From positions 1 through 38,625 of the forward strand of contig JAZAHK010000018.1 of NCBI GenBank assembly GCA_036231405.1: a stretch of 38,625 nucleotides of DNA, read 5' to 3'. Within the stretch, counting starts at the first letter, position 1. Each line of letters opens with the position of its first letter. Below, in pieces: positions 18,436-28,324 of this stretch. A program made the position numbers and the translations under genes. The notes under the pieces were generated by a model. It saw only the letters and a list, made by a program, of their open reading frames with translations. It made no database searches and was not told the origin of the DNA. The stretch comes from Nitrospinota bacterium (GTDB lineage Bacteria; UBA8248).

Positions 18436-19194
18436 ATGAAGAAAAAAATAATAGTGTATTCAATTTCGTTTTTAGTGCTAGTTTTTTCTGCAATTATGTT
18501 TGGCTATTCTTATGGGGACTTAATCATCTCTTTCCTTAGAAATACTCAAGGGACAAAAAGGAGTCTATTGTCAGAGGGAGGTGATTCTGGGAAAGAAATT
18601 TTTAGTGCTTCTCTTTATTTTGGTAGTTCAGAAAAAAATGTTCTGGTCAAATATCCTGCAAAGATACCAAAAGGGAAAAATGATGTAGAATCGATAAGGA
18701 ATCTTGTGAATGCTTTAATTAAAGGCCCAAAGGGAGATGGATTTGTTCGTACTATGCCAAAAGAAACAAAGTTAAGATCAATTTTCAAGGGAGAGGATGG
18801 TGTTTTATATTTAGATTTTAGTCGTTCGATTTCAGAAAATCATCCAGGCGGAGCTTGGGCTGAAATCATTACACTTAATTCCTTGGCATACAGTATCTCA
18901 AAAAATTTTGGAAAAAAAATTGATCGAATAGTCCTTCTCATCGAAGGGCAGGAAGCAATAACTCTTTCTGGTACTGTGTCTATGCTTGGTTCCTTGACTA
19001 TGAAAAAAGATTTAATATCAGAAAGAGAAATTATCAATTTAGATACTACAGTTTTTCCAACACGTCGAATAAGAGACGGCTTTTCTACAAAAAAGAAGGT
19101 TAGTCCTGCAGGGCTACCTGATAAATCATTAGAAAAGAGTATGAGAATAAAAGAAGATATTAATCCAGTCGGAACACCTTATAAAAAGCCTTAA
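18436..19194 (+). CDS. GerMN-domain protein
   Basis: N-terminal TM; LYF, ALIKGP, MPKETKL, LYLDFS, LLIEG...TLSG; typical amidase-GerMN synteny. Confidence 0.82.
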   Translation: MKKKIIVYSISFLVLVFSAIMFGYSYGDLIISFLRNTQGTKRSLLSEGGDSGKEIFSASLYFGSSEKNVLVKYPAKIPKGKNDVESIRNLVNALIKGPKGDGFVRTMPKETKLRSIFKGEDGVLYLDFSRSISENHPGGAWAEIITLNSLAYSISKNFGKKIDRIVLLIEGQEAITLSGTVSMLGSLTMKKDLISEREIINLDTTVFPTRRIRDGFSTKKKVSPAGLPDKSLEKSMRIKEDINPVGTPYKKP

Positions 19195-20552
19195 ATAACA
19201 GAAATTTCCTCAATAGCGGTCCCGATAGTTTTTATAGCCCATTTTATTTCTTTTTTTGTGATCGAATATGGTGGCATGAAGACTATGACGTCGCCTAATG
19301 GCCTAATTATTAGCCCTTTTTCTCTAACTTTTAAAGTAATTTTCCTTGCAACTCTTTCTTCCACTTGAAAGGGTATTTTTTTTAATTTATTACGCATAAG
19401 TTCAATTCCAATCATCAATCCTAGTCCTCTTACATCTCCGACAAAATCGAGTTTTTCGAGATTTCTGACCTCTTCCCAAAGAGTTCTAATTTTTGGTTGG
19501 ATCTTATCGATAGTCTTCTCTTTCTTGAAAATTTCAAGATTTGCTAATGCTGCTGCACAAGCCAAAGGATTCGCTGTGTAAGAATGCCCATGGGCAAACA
19601 TCTTTCCTTCTTTATATTCTCCCCTAAAAGCGTTAAAAATTTTTTCTGTGGTAATTGTAGCGGCGATGGGCAAGTATCCACCTGACAATCCTTTCGCAAG
19701 ACAGATGATATCGGGACAAACTTTTTCGTGTTCGCAAGCAAACATTTTTCCAGTTCTTCCAAAACCAGTTGCTACTTCATCAGCAATTAATAGGACATCG
19801 TGCTGGATGCAAGCATCTTTGATTTTTTTAAGGAATCCTTTCTTTTGTGTAATCATTCCAGATGCTCCCTGAATCAATGGTTCTATTACTACACCGGCAA
19901 TTCTATCGGCATTGTTCGATATATGAGTTACGATCTCCTCCCCTGAGCAGACAGAACAAGGTGGTTCTGAAGAGCCTCTTGGACACCAGTAACAATATGG
20001 CGTTTCTACTCGAATTGTTGGGAATAAAAGAGGGGAGAATTTGAAGTGGAATGCCTCAATTCCTCCTAAACTTACTGCTCCAATGGTGTCTCCATGATAT
20101 CCAAGATTCAATGTAAGAAAATTTGATTTCTCAGGTTTTGGATCTGGTCTCTGTAACTGGTATTGGAATGCGATTTTCATGGCAGCTTCAACAGATGTGG
20201 AACCGCTATCAGAAAAAAAAACTCTGGATAATCCTTTGGGAGCAATTGAAATTAATTTTTTTGCAAGTTCAATCGAAATAGTATTACCCATTCCAAGTTG
20301 TGTACTATGAGCAACTTTCTTTAGCTGATTTTTTATAGAGGCATCAATTTCATTTTTTTTATGCCCATGAAGATTTACCCATAATGAAGAAATACCGTCT
20401 AAGTATTTTTTTCCATCGATGTCAATTAAATAAGAACCCTTTCCTTCTTTTATAATTAAAGGAGGATCCTCGCTCTCCCATTCATCCATCGGGGTAAAAG
20501 GATGCCAAACATATTTTAGGTCATCGTCAATGAATTTGTTTTTGCTTTTCAT
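19191..20552 (-). CDS. bioA: Adenosylmethionine-8-amino-7-oxononanoate aminotransferase
   Basis: VWHPFT, SSLWVNLHGH, DSGSTSVE, YHGDTIGA, DEVATGFGRTG, AKGLSGGY, HGHSYTANP, RPLGD. Confidence 0.93.
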   Translation of the reverse strand: MKSKNKFIDDDLKYVWHPFTPMDEWESEDPPLIIKEGKGSYLIDIDGKKYLDGISSLWVNLHGHKKNEIDASIKNQLKKVAHSTQLGMGNTISIELAKKLISIAPKGLSRVFFSDSGSTSVEAAMKIAFQYQLQRPDPKPEKSNFLTLNLGYHGDTIGAVSLGGIEAFHFKFSPLLFPTIRVETPYCYWCPRGSSEPPCSVCSGEEIVTHISNNADRIAGVVIEPLIQGASGMITQKKGFLKKIKDACIQHDVLLIADEVATGFGRTGKMFACEHEKVCPDIICLAKGLSGGYLPIAATITTEKIFNAFRGEYKEGKMFAHGHSYTANPLACAAALANLEIFKKEKTIDKIQPKIRTLWEEVRNLEKLDFVGDVRGLGLMIGIELMRNKLKKIPFQVEERVARKITLKVREKGLIIRPLGDVIVFMPPYSITKKEIKWAIKTIGTAIEEISVI

Positions 20553-21371
20553 TTATCTAGCTGGTTTTTGTAGAAGAAAAATACCTTCTATTTCGTCAAA
20601 AAAAAGTTTTCCTTCTTCTTCTCTTAGGTTTAACCATTTGTTTAGAATTGGAGAACTATCTGAGAGTAGCTTTTCTAGTTCGACTACGGTTGTCTCATTT
20701 ATGTTCGGTCTGTTAACCCATTCAGGGAAGTCCATTTTCTTCCTAATGATTTCTGTATGAAGTACTTTAAATCCTGAATTTATGAAAATTTCATTTAATT
20801 TTGAAACCGAAAGACACTCATTATGGCTTGGGTCGCGTTTTTTTTCAAAAAAATTGTAAGCTTTTGCTTCAGTATCTTCTTCGGGACAAATGTTATCAAC
20901 AAAAATAAATTTGCCTCCTGGTTTGAGAGTCCTATATGCTTCTTCTATAAACTTTCTAATTTTTGAAAAATGATGTGGAGCAATTCGAACTGAGACATAG
21001 TCTAATGAGGAATCCGAGACAGAGATCATTTCTGAATCCGTTCTGAGAAAATGAATATTTTGTATTTTTTGAACGGAAGCGTTTTCTCTTGTAGCTTCAA
21101 TCATTCCTTTAGTCAAATCGCTTGCAATGACCTTATGACAGTGTTTGGCCATTTTAATTGCCACATGTCCTCCACCTGTTGCAATATCAAGTAAAATACC
21201 ACCCTTTGGGTCGAGGATTTCAACACAACGAGTTAGCGAACTGCTAGCCGAGTGAAAAGAACTCGTAACATAAAAATTTGAGTCTTGATTATAAATTTTT
21301 TGAACAATTTCCCTCTGAGCTTTAGGGGTCTTCACTTCTTTTTCCTGTTTGTTAGAAATTTTCGACAGCAT
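20553..21371 (-). CDS. Class I SAM-dependent methyltransferase
   Basis: LDIATGGGH motif I, SDLT, RIAPHHF, LKPGG, RDPSH. Confidence 0.85.
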   Translation of the reverse strand: MLSKISNKQEKEVKTPKAQREIVQKIYNQDSNFYVTSSFHSASSSLTRCVEILDPKGGILLDIATGGGHVAIKMAKHCHKVIASDLTKGMIEATRENASVQKIQNIHFLRTDSEMISVSDSSLDYVSVRIAPHHFSKIRKFIEEAYRTLKPGGKFIFVDNICPEEDTEAKAYNFFEKKRDPSHNECLSVSKLNEIFINSGFKVLHTEIIRKKMDFPEWVNRPNINETTVVELEKLLSDSSPILNKWLNLREEEGKLFFDEIEGIFLLQKPAR

Positions 21372-21388
21372 ATCTTTTGTGAAAGATT

Positions 21389-22489
21389 TTATTCGAATGT
21401 AACAATGCTTCTCGCAACTTCTCCTTTAATTAACGCGTCATATGCGTCATTTATTTCTTCTAGGGGGTAACTCCTTGTTAATAAATCATCTAGATTGAGT
21501 TTTCCTGCAAGATATAAGTCAATTAGCCTAGGAACTTCTAATCTAGGATTTACCGATCCATAAAGTGCACCAATAAGCTTTTTTTCCTGAACGACGAGAG
21601 GAACGGCAGGAATTGCAACTTCGGCTTCGAAATGGGCAAGTCCACTTACTACTGCAGTTCCTCCTATTCTTAAGCTTTTGAATGCAGTCGACATCACTTG
21701 TGGAACACCAATCATCTCGAATGCATAATGAACGCCATGGCCATTGGTGATTTCTAAAATTCTTTCCTCAGGATTCTCATCTGAAGAATTGACTGTGTGA
21801 GTTGCTCCAAAAATTTTTGCAAATTCAAGTTTATTCTGAAATAGATCAATAGCAATAATTGGATCCGCTCCCATTATAGCTGCTCCTTGTATAGCATTTA
21901 GTCCAACACCCCCGGCTCCAAAGACAGCAACGCTTTCTCCAGGTTGAACTTTTGCAGCATTTTTTACTGCTCCAAAACCTGTAATGACGCCACAACTAAC
22001 TAGTGCTGCTTTGTCAAGTGGCATATCCTTTCTAATTTTCAGGACAGATTTTTCTGACACGATAGAGTGTGAACTAAATGTTGAAACGCCCAAATGATGG
22101 TGTATCTTTTCATTATTTAATTTGAATCTTGTCGTTCCATCAGAGAGAGTTCCATCTGCTCTCATTTTTGCCCCTTCTCCACAAGTGGCTGGGCGACCGG
22201 ACATACACGGTTCACAAGATCCACAACTATATCTCCACACAGAGACTACATGGTCACCTTTTTTAAGTGATTTTACATTTGGTCCTACCTCTTCGATTAT
22301 CCCGGAACCTTCATGTCCAAGTATGATAGGGGTACGGGCTGGAAAATCTCCAACCATTGCGTGATGATCACTATGACAAACACCAGCGGCAACCATCTTG
22401 ACAAGTACCTCAGTCTCTCTGAGAGGTTCTAGTTCTATATTATGAATTTCAAGCGGTTTATTAGTCTCAAAAAGAATCGCAGCTTTCAT
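21389..22489 (-). CDS. Zn-dependent alcohol dehydrogenase (class III/MDR-like)
   Basis: GVCHSD, GHEGSG, CGSCEPC..C structural Zn site, SCGVITG, GAGGVG. Confidence 0.92.
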   Translation of the reverse strand: MKAAILFETNKPLEIHNIELEPLRETEVLVKMVAAGVCHSDHHAMVGDFPARTPIILGHEGSGIIEEVGPNVKSLKKGDHVVSVWRYSCGSCEPCMSGRPATCGEGAKMRADGTLSDGTTRFKLNNEKIHHHLGVSTFSSHSIVSEKSVLKIRKDMPLDKAALVSCGVITGFGAVKNAAKVQPGESVAVFGAGGVGLNAIQGAAIMGADPIIAIDLFQNKLEFAKIFGATHTVNSSDENPEERILEITNGHGVHYAFEMIGVPQVMSTAFKSLRIGGTAVVSGLAHFEAEVAIPAVPLVVQEKKLIGALYGSVNPRLEVPRLIDLYLAGKLNLDDLLTRSYPLEEINDAYDALIKGEVARSIVTFE

Positions 22490-22559
22490 AAAGTCCTCTA
22501 AATTTTAAAAATATTAACTATTATTACATATTTTTAAGTATGTTTAAATTGGAATCAAT

Positions 22560-22587
22560 TTGACACAAATTTTCATAGAGGTATGAT
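22560..22587 (+). promoter_or_regulatory. Putative sigma70 promoter of the thi operon
   Basis: TTGACA (22560-22565), 16-nt spacer, TATGAT (22582-22587), just upstream of the riboswitch. Confidence 0.6.
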
Positions 22588-22599
22588 TTGTTTATAATT

Positions 22600-22684
22600 T
22601 TCGCTAGGGGTGTTTCTTCTGAGAGCCTAGATATTGGCAACCCTTAGAACCTGATCTGGATAATTCCAGCGAAGGGAAGCGGCA
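22600..22684 (+). ncRNA. TPP riboswitch (THI element)
   Basis: CGCTAGGGG...CTGAGAG...ACCCTTAGAACCTGATCTGGATAATTCCAGCGAAGGGAAGCG matches TPP aptamer core motifs; upstream of thiS. Confidence 0.93.
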
Positions 22685-22702
22685 TGTAGTTAGTCTTATT
22701 TT

Positions 22703-22731
22703 GCCGCATTTTTTGGATGCGGTTTTTTTTT
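22703..22731 (+). terminator. Intrinsic terminator (riboswitch expression platform)
   Basis: GCCGCAT-loop-ATGCGGT followed by a run of T. Confidence 0.85.
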
Positions 22732-22742
22732 AGAGGTTTGTA

Positions 22743-22943
22743 TTGATATTAAGTATTAATGGTGAGACTAGAGATTTTGAAAGTCCTTTATGTATTTCAG
22801 ATTTGCTTGGAATTTTGGAAATACAGATAAATGGTGTAGCGGTTGCAGTAAATATGGAGATAGTTTCCAGGAATAAGTATAATGAAACTGTTTTAAGCGA
22901 TGGAGATGAAATTGAGATAGTTCGTGCTGTGGGAGGAGGATAA
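22743..22943 (+). CDS. thiS: Sulfur carrier protein ThiS
   Basis: INGE...VAVAVNMEIV...DEIEIVRAVGGG with C-terminal GG; TTG start after GAGG. Confidence 0.95.
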   Translation: MILSINGETRDFESPLCISDLLGILEIQINGVAVAVNMEIVSRNKYNETVLSDGDEIEIVRAVGGG

Positions 22944-22972
22944 GTTTTTGAATTTCATTTTAGGAGGATTAA

Positions 22973-23746
22973 ATGAGCGCTTATGAAATATCAGGAAGGT
23001 CTTTTGCTTCGCGTTTGTGGGTTGGTTCCGGCAAATATCCCAATTTTAGTACGATGAAAGATGCTCTTGGTGCTAGTGGGGCAGAAATTGTAACAGTTGC
23101 GGTTAGACGTGTTGATTTAAATGACGACAGTAAGGAAGGTTTTTGGGCTTTCTTTGATAGAGATAAATATACAATTCTTCCAAATACAGCAGGTTGTTTT
23201 GATGTTAAAAGTGCTGTCACAACTGCTCGACTTGGGAGAGAAGCTACAGGTTCGGATATGGTAAAGGTTGAAGTGATTGGGGATGAATCTACACTTTTCC
23301 CAGATAATGAAGGTCTTTTAGAAGCTTGCAAAATACTCCTGCAAGATGGTTTTATAGTTCTTCCTTATTGTATAGACGATCCTGTGATCTGCCAGAAGCT
23401 TGAGGATTTAGGTTGTCATGCAGTTATGCCTCTTGCTGCCCCCATAGGTTCTGGTTTAGGCATACGCAATCCATATAATTTAAAAATTATTCTTCAGAAA
23501 ATATCAATCCCTGTTATTGTGGATGCTGGAGTTGGAACCGCGTCAGATGCTGCTATTGCAATGGAACTTGGTTCAACTGCCGTTTTAATGCAGACTGCAA
23601 TAGCAGGAGCAGACGATCCTGTGAAAATGGCTTTAGCGATGAAAAAAGGAATTGAAGCTGGTAGACTTGCTTTTGAAGCAGGGAGAATCCCAACAAAACT
23701 TTTTGCTGAAGCCTCTAGTCCCCTCGAAGGGGTAATAGGGTCTTAA
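22973..23746 (+). CDS. thiG: Thiazole synthase
   Basis: [53 protein letters not shown]. Confidence 0.96.
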   Translation: MSAYEISGRSFASRLWVGSGKYPNFSTMKDALGASGAEIVTVAVRRVDLNDDSKEGFWAFFDRDKYTILPNTAGCFDVKSAVTTARLGREATGSDMVKVEVIGDESTLFPDNEGLLEACKILLQDGFIVLPYCIDDPVICQKLEDLGCHAVMPLAAPIGSGLGIRNPYNLKIILQKISIPVIVDAGVGTASDAAIAMELGSTAVLMQTAIAGADDPVKMALAMKKGIEAGRLAFEAGRIPTKLFAEASSPLEGVIGS

Positions 23747-23767
23747 ATTCTTTTTGAGGATTAGATA

Positions 23768-24382
23768 ATAGAACGCCTGTTATTGATTACCGATAGACTA
23801 ATAAAACGAGAGTATGATCTTTTTGCTTCGTTAGATGCGGCTTTTTCAGGCGGAGTTCGTTTTCTCCAGTTCAGAGAAAAAGATTTGCCAGCTAATGAGA
23901 GATTTTTGCTCGGAAAAGAAGTTAAAGAACTTTCGGATTTATACAAGGTTAAGTTTATAGTTAATGGAGATCCCTCTCTTGCGCTTGCGCTTGGTGCTGA
24001 TGGGGTTCATCTAGGACGTAATACGCTCCCAATTCGAGTTGTAAGAGGTAAGTTGAAGTTTAAAGGTATTATCGGTTATTCTGCGCACAGTGTTGAAGAA
24101 GTTAGAGATGCATTTAACTCAGGCGCAGATTATGTAACTTTAAGTCCCATTTTTGAAAGCATAAGTAAGACGACGTCCGTACCGAGTTTAGGTCTTGAAA
24201 TTTTCAAGAATGAAGTTTCTTATATTTCTGGTCCTGTATATGCATTGGGCGGAATATCTCCTGTAAATGCCCTCGGTTGTATAAATGCAGGTGCCTATGG
24301 TGTTGCAGTAGTTGGAGCTATACTTGGAACGGATGATCCAAGTTGTTCTGCAAAGGAAATTTTAAATATTATCTCTTGTTGA
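23768..24382 (+). CDS. thiE: Thiamine phosphate synthase (ThiE/TenI family); start uncertain (ATA 23768 or TTG 23783)
   Basis: LLITDR, QFREKD, GADGVHLG, GYSAHS, DYVTLSPIF, ALGGI; lies in the thi operon. Confidence 0.82.
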   Translation: MERLLLITDRLIKREYDLFASLDAAFSGGVRFLQFREKDLPANERFLLGKEVKELSDLYKVKFIVNGDPSLALALGADGVHLGRNTLPIRVVRGKLKFKGIIGYSAHSVEEVRDAFNSGADYVTLSPIFESISKTTSVPSLGLEIFKNEVSYISGPVYALGGISPVNALGCINAGAYGVAVVGAILGTDDPSCSAKEILNIISC

Positions 24383-24442
24383 AATGTTTTTTTAATACCT
24401 TAGATTTTTTTATAAAGAAGTTTTTTTGTAATGGGGGAAATC

Positions 24443-26398
24443 ATGGTCGATCAAAAACAAATAGACACCTTACTTAAAGAAAATCGTGTTTTTAAGCCTA
24501 AAAGTTCATTCTCTAAAAAAGCTCATGTGCGTTCAATGTCGGAATACAAAAAAATGTATAAGGAGTCCGTACAGACACCAGGAAAATTTTGGTCAAAAGT
24601 TGCTAAAGAATTTGTCTGGTTTAAAAAATGGAAAAAAGTACTTGAATGGAAAGAGCCACATTCGAAATGGTTTGTCGGTGGGAAGACCAACATAACTTAT
24701 AATTGTCTTGATCGTCATTTGACTACATGGAGAAAAAATAAGGCAGCAATTATTTGGGAAGGAGAACCAGGAGATTCAAAAGTTTTGACTTATCAACAAC
24801 TTCATCATGAAGTTTGCAAGTTTTCAAATTGTTTAAAAAGGGTAGGAATAAAAAAAGGGGATAGAGTTGTTATTTATATGCCACAAACTCCTGAGGCTGC
24901 AATCGCTATGCTTGCTTGCGCTCGTATAGGTGCCCCACATAGTGTGGTTTTTGCTGGTTTTAGTGCTAATTCTTTAAGAGATCGTATACAAGATGCTAGG
25001 GCAACCGCAGTCCTAACTGCTGATGGCGGTTGGAGAAGAGGAAAAGTAGTTCCTTTGAAAGAAAGTACCGATGAAGCACTTAAAAAGTGTCCGTCTGTAA
25101 GGAGTGTAGTCGTCCTCAAAAGAACAGCGAACCCCGTCAAAATGAAAAAGGGTAGGGACCATTGGTGGCATGATTTGATGTTGAATGCCTCCGATGCATG
25201 TGATGCGGCGAAACTGGATTCAGAGCATCCATTGTATATTCTATACACTAGTGGAACTACTGGAAAACCAAAAGGTATCGTTCACACAACAGGTGGATAT
25301 ATGTGTGGAACCTATCTAACTAGCAAATATGTTTTCGATCTCAAGGACGATGATACGTACTGGTGTACTGCAGATATAGGTTGGGTAACAGGACATAGCT
25401 ATATTGTTTACGGTCCATTACTCAATGGAACTACCACAGTGATGTATGAAGGTGCGCCAAATTTTCCTGATGCGGGGCGTTTCTGGGATATAGTTCAGAA
25501 ATATAAAGTGAATATTTTTTATACTGCACCTACTGCAATTCGTGCATTTATGAAATGGGGAGACGAACATCCTGCGAGAAGAGATTTATCTTCGTTACGT
25601 CTTTTAGGTACTGTCGGAGAGCCGATTAATCCAGAGGCGTGGATGTGGTATCACGCAAAAATTGGGAAGAAGAGCTGTCCGATTGTTGATACATGGTGGC
25701 AGACGGAAACGGGTTCAATCATGATTTCCCCTTTACCAGGAGTTACACCTCTTAAACCAGGTACTGCAACTCTTCCTTTGTTTGGAGTTATTCCAGATAT
25801 TGTTGATAAAGATGGGGTTTCTGTAGGGACAGAGGGTGGTGGATTTTTAGTTATTAGAAAACCATGGCCCTCCATGTTGAGAACTATTTGGGGAGATGAC
25901 AAAAGGTATAAAAAGCAGTATTGGAGTGATGTAAAAGGGTGTTACTTTACTGGAGATGGTGCACGTAGAGATAAAGATGGCTACGTGTGGATTATGGGTC
26001 GTGTAGACGATGTTATAAATATTTCTGGCCATCGTCTCGGTACTATGGAAGTTGAAAGTGCTTTAGTTGCAAATCCTTTAGTTGCGGAGGCTGCTTGTGT
26101 AGGAATCCCACATGAAATTAAAGGAGAATCCATAGGAGCGTTCGTAACACTTAAAGGCAAGAATAGAAAGAATATTAAACTGGGAAAAGAACTTTCAGAT
26201 TGGGTTGTAAAGGAGATTGGTGCGATTGCAAGACCCGATTATATACGATTTACTGAGGCACTTCCTAAAACTCGTAGTGGAAAGATAATGCGTCGTTTGC
26301 TCCGAGATATTGCCAAGGGTGCAGACAAAATAGGAGACACGTCAACATTAGAGGATGTTTCCGTATTACAGAGTCTTCAGGAATATCAAGACGAATAA
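24443..26398 (+). CDS. acs: Acetyl-CoA synthetase
   Basis: [54 protein letters not shown]; alternative start at 24431. Confidence 0.96.
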   Translation: MVDQKQIDTLLKENRVFKPKSSFSKKAHVRSMSEYKKMYKESVQTPGKFWSKVAKEFVWFKKWKKVLEWKEPHSKWFVGGKTNITYNCLDRHLTTWRKNKAAIIWEGEPGDSKVLTYQQLHHEVCKFSNCLKRVGIKKGDRVVIYMPQTPEAAIAMLACARIGAPHSVVFAGFSANSLRDRIQDARATAVLTADGGWRRGKVVPLKESTDEALKKCPSVRSVVVLKRTANPVKMKKGRDHWWHDLMLNASDACDAAKLDSEHPLYILYTSGTTGKPKGIVHTTGGYMCGTYLTSKYVFDLKDDDTYWCTADIGWVTGHSYIVYGPLLNGTTTVMYEGAPNFPDAGRFWDIVQKYKVNIFYTAPTAIRAFMKWGDEHPARRDLSSLRLLGTVGEPINPEAWMWYHAKIGKKSCPIVDTWWQTETGSIMISPLPGVTPLKPGTATLPLFGVIPDIVDKDGVSVGTEGGGFLVIRKPWPSMLRTIWGDDKRYKKQYWSDVKGCYFTGDGARRDKDGYVWIMGRVDDVINISGHRLGTMEVESALVANPLVAEAACVGIPHEIKGESIGAFVTLKGKNRKNIKLGKELSDWVVKEIGAIARPDYIRFTEALPKTRSGKIMRRLLRDIAKGADKIGDTSTLEDVSVLQSLQEYQDE

Positions 26399-26410
26399 AA
26401 AAAGAGTAGT

Positions 26411-27307
26411 TTAACGCTGATTGTTTTTTCTTGGATGTGTTTCCCAGTTTAGCTTATCTCTGAGAGTGTTGAAGAAATTTGCACCTTTGGGTCTGACCAT
26501 ATTGATATTATAAGGGCTTTTTATGATTTGAATTTTGCTTTCGGGTTCTAACTTGATTCCTGGAAAGCCATCTAGTGACACCAGAGCATTTTCCTTTGAG
26601 TCATCTTCTCTAGATAAGTATGTTATTTCGATTTCTGAGTCAGCAGGTACAACTATAGGTCTGTTGCTTAAAGTGTGAGGGCAAATAGGATTAATCAACA
26701 TAACGTCCATATTAGGAATTACCAAAGGACCTCCCGCCGATAAAGAGTATGCTGTGGAACCTGTGGGAGTGGCTATGATTAAACCGTCTGACCTAAAATT
26801 CCCCATTTGATTTCCATTAACGCTTATTTCAGTCTCTATCATGTGTGTAACAGGTCCCGCGGTTAAAACTAGGTCGTTAAGTGCGTCAAGATTTTTCCCC
26901 TCTTTAGAATCTTTTATGATCCTTGAACTTAATCGCATCCTGGATTCGATAACATATTCTCCCTTCAGTAGTATTCTCTCTAGTGCGGGGAGTAATTCAA
27001 AAATTGGGATGTCAGCTAAGAACCCAAGATGCCCAGTATTTACTCCCAAAATCAGAGGTTCTTCATTTGAGAGTTCGTGAACGGCCCTTAAAATTGAACC
27101 ATCTCCTCCAAAGACTATAAGGAGGTCGGTTTTTTTCCCTATTTCTTCTCTAGGAACTTTGTCGAATGAACCGGATACGTCAGTAAACGTTTCATCAAGG
27201 ATCACATCGATTTTTTTATCACAAAGCCAATTGATTATTTTACTGAAATTAAATGTCGATTTTTGTCCTGAAGACCAACTTGAAAGACCAACTCTTCTAA
27301 ATTTCAT
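26411..27307 (-). CDS. nadK: NAD(+) kinase
   Basis: GGDGSIL, GVNTGHLGFL, ALND, DGLIIATPTGSTAYSLSAGGP, PICPHTL; likely start ATG 27307. Confidence 0.93.
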   Translation of the reverse strand: MKFRRVGLSSWSSGQKSTFNFSKIINWLCDKKIDVILDETFTDVSGSFDKVPREEIGKKTDLLIVFGGDGSILRAVHELSNEEPLILGVNTGHLGFLADIPIFELLPALERILLKGEYVIESRMRLSSRIIKDSKEGKNLDALNDLVLTAGPVTHMIETEISVNGNQMGNFRSDGLIIATPTGSTAYSLSAGGPLVIPNMDVMLINPICPHTLSNRPIVVPADSEIEITYLSREDDSKENALVSLDGFPGIKLEPESKIQIIKSPYNINMVRPKGANFFNTLRDKLNWETHPRKNNQR

Positions 27308-27436
27308 AAATAATCCTTCTTTATGGACAATTAATGGGGGGAAGGTTATCTCAAAAATGTCATCCACTGCAACTGTTTGCAAAGGAGTAGCGTAATTTAT
27401 AGTAATTAGTTGTTTTCTTATGATTTTACTGAGTAC

Positions 27437-28324
27437 TTAATTTCTTTCCCAATTGACACATATTTCTTTTATAGGACATTCACAGCAAATTCTAATGACT
27501 TTTTTTTTGGGGCAATGTCTCAGGATCCCTAGACGAGAAATTGCAAAATCAAAACGAATTGGGTCAATAGGATCGATTTTCCTCAAAGAATTTGTAATAT
27601 CCTCTGCCATCATATAATTTATAGCTTTCCTTTTTGTTAGTCCAATTTGGAAGCAGATCTTAGCGATATGTGTATCAAGCGGGATGGTTAATTGTTTTGT
27701 CTTAATTGAACGCCACAGTCCCAGATCTACTCCATCAGATGGACGAATCACCCATCGAAGAAATAGATTAAAACGTTTGCATGCACTTGATTTTGATGGG
27801 TCTGGAAGAAGATAGTGCAGTCCTTTACTTGTCTTCACATTTAAGTTTAGATTTCTCGATTCGTTCATCAGTTTATTTCTGAAATGAATAAGAGGATCTC
27901 GTAAAGTTTCAGTCTCTTCTTCATATTCCTTAAGGAAACAATTCTCTAATGAACCATATTTTTTATAAATAGAAGAAAGAATAAAGATAAGAGATTGTAT
28001 TGCCTCACTATTTATCCATCTGTAGTTACAGTTTTTGAACAGTTTTTTATCCCGATATGACATGTTTAATAATGCTTCTGCAGGGTGTTTCCCTAAGAGT
28101 TTAAGTATCTTTTTTAGAACTCTACGTATATAAGTTACATTTCCAAAAGCAAAAGTTGACGAAATAAATGCTGCTAATTCTTGATCTTTTGTGTCTTTGT
28201 ATTCATGAACAATTCCGATTGGATCACTGTCTATAAAGCTACTTCTATTATATTTTTGGAAAACTGTTTCAAGTTTTTCTTCAAGTAATTCTTGATTTAT
28301 ATTTTTATTTTTAGAAAGAATCAT
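27437..28324 (-). CDS. TIGR02757/DUF2400 family protein (HhH-GPD-related) with Cys-rich C-terminal tail
   Basis: DPI, AFGNV, SACKRFNLFLRWVIR, VDLGLW, IPLDTH, DPIRFDFAI; likely start ATG 28324 overlapping the 3' end of dtd. Confidence 0.85.
   Translation of the reverse strand: MILSKNKNINQELLEEKLETVFQKYNRSSFIDSDPIGIVHEYKDTKDQELAAFISSTFAFGNVTYIRRVLKKILKLLGKHPAEALLNMSYRDKKLFKNCNYRWINSEAIQSLIFILSSIYKKYGSLENCFLKEYEEETETLRDPLIHFRNKLMNESRNLNLNVKTSKGLHYLLPDPSKSSACKRFNLFLRWVIRPSDGVDLGLWRSIKTKQLTIPLDTHIAKICFQIGLTKRKAINYMMAEDITNSLRKIDPIDPIRFDFAISRLGILRHCPKKKVIRICCECPIKEICVNWERN

Noticed and set aside
20553-21371. Methyltransferase abutting bioA as BioC
   Set aside because: Its motifs (DIATGGGH, APHHF, RDPSH) fit a generic methyltransferase family rather than BioC, and no other bio genes are present; adjacency alone is insufficient
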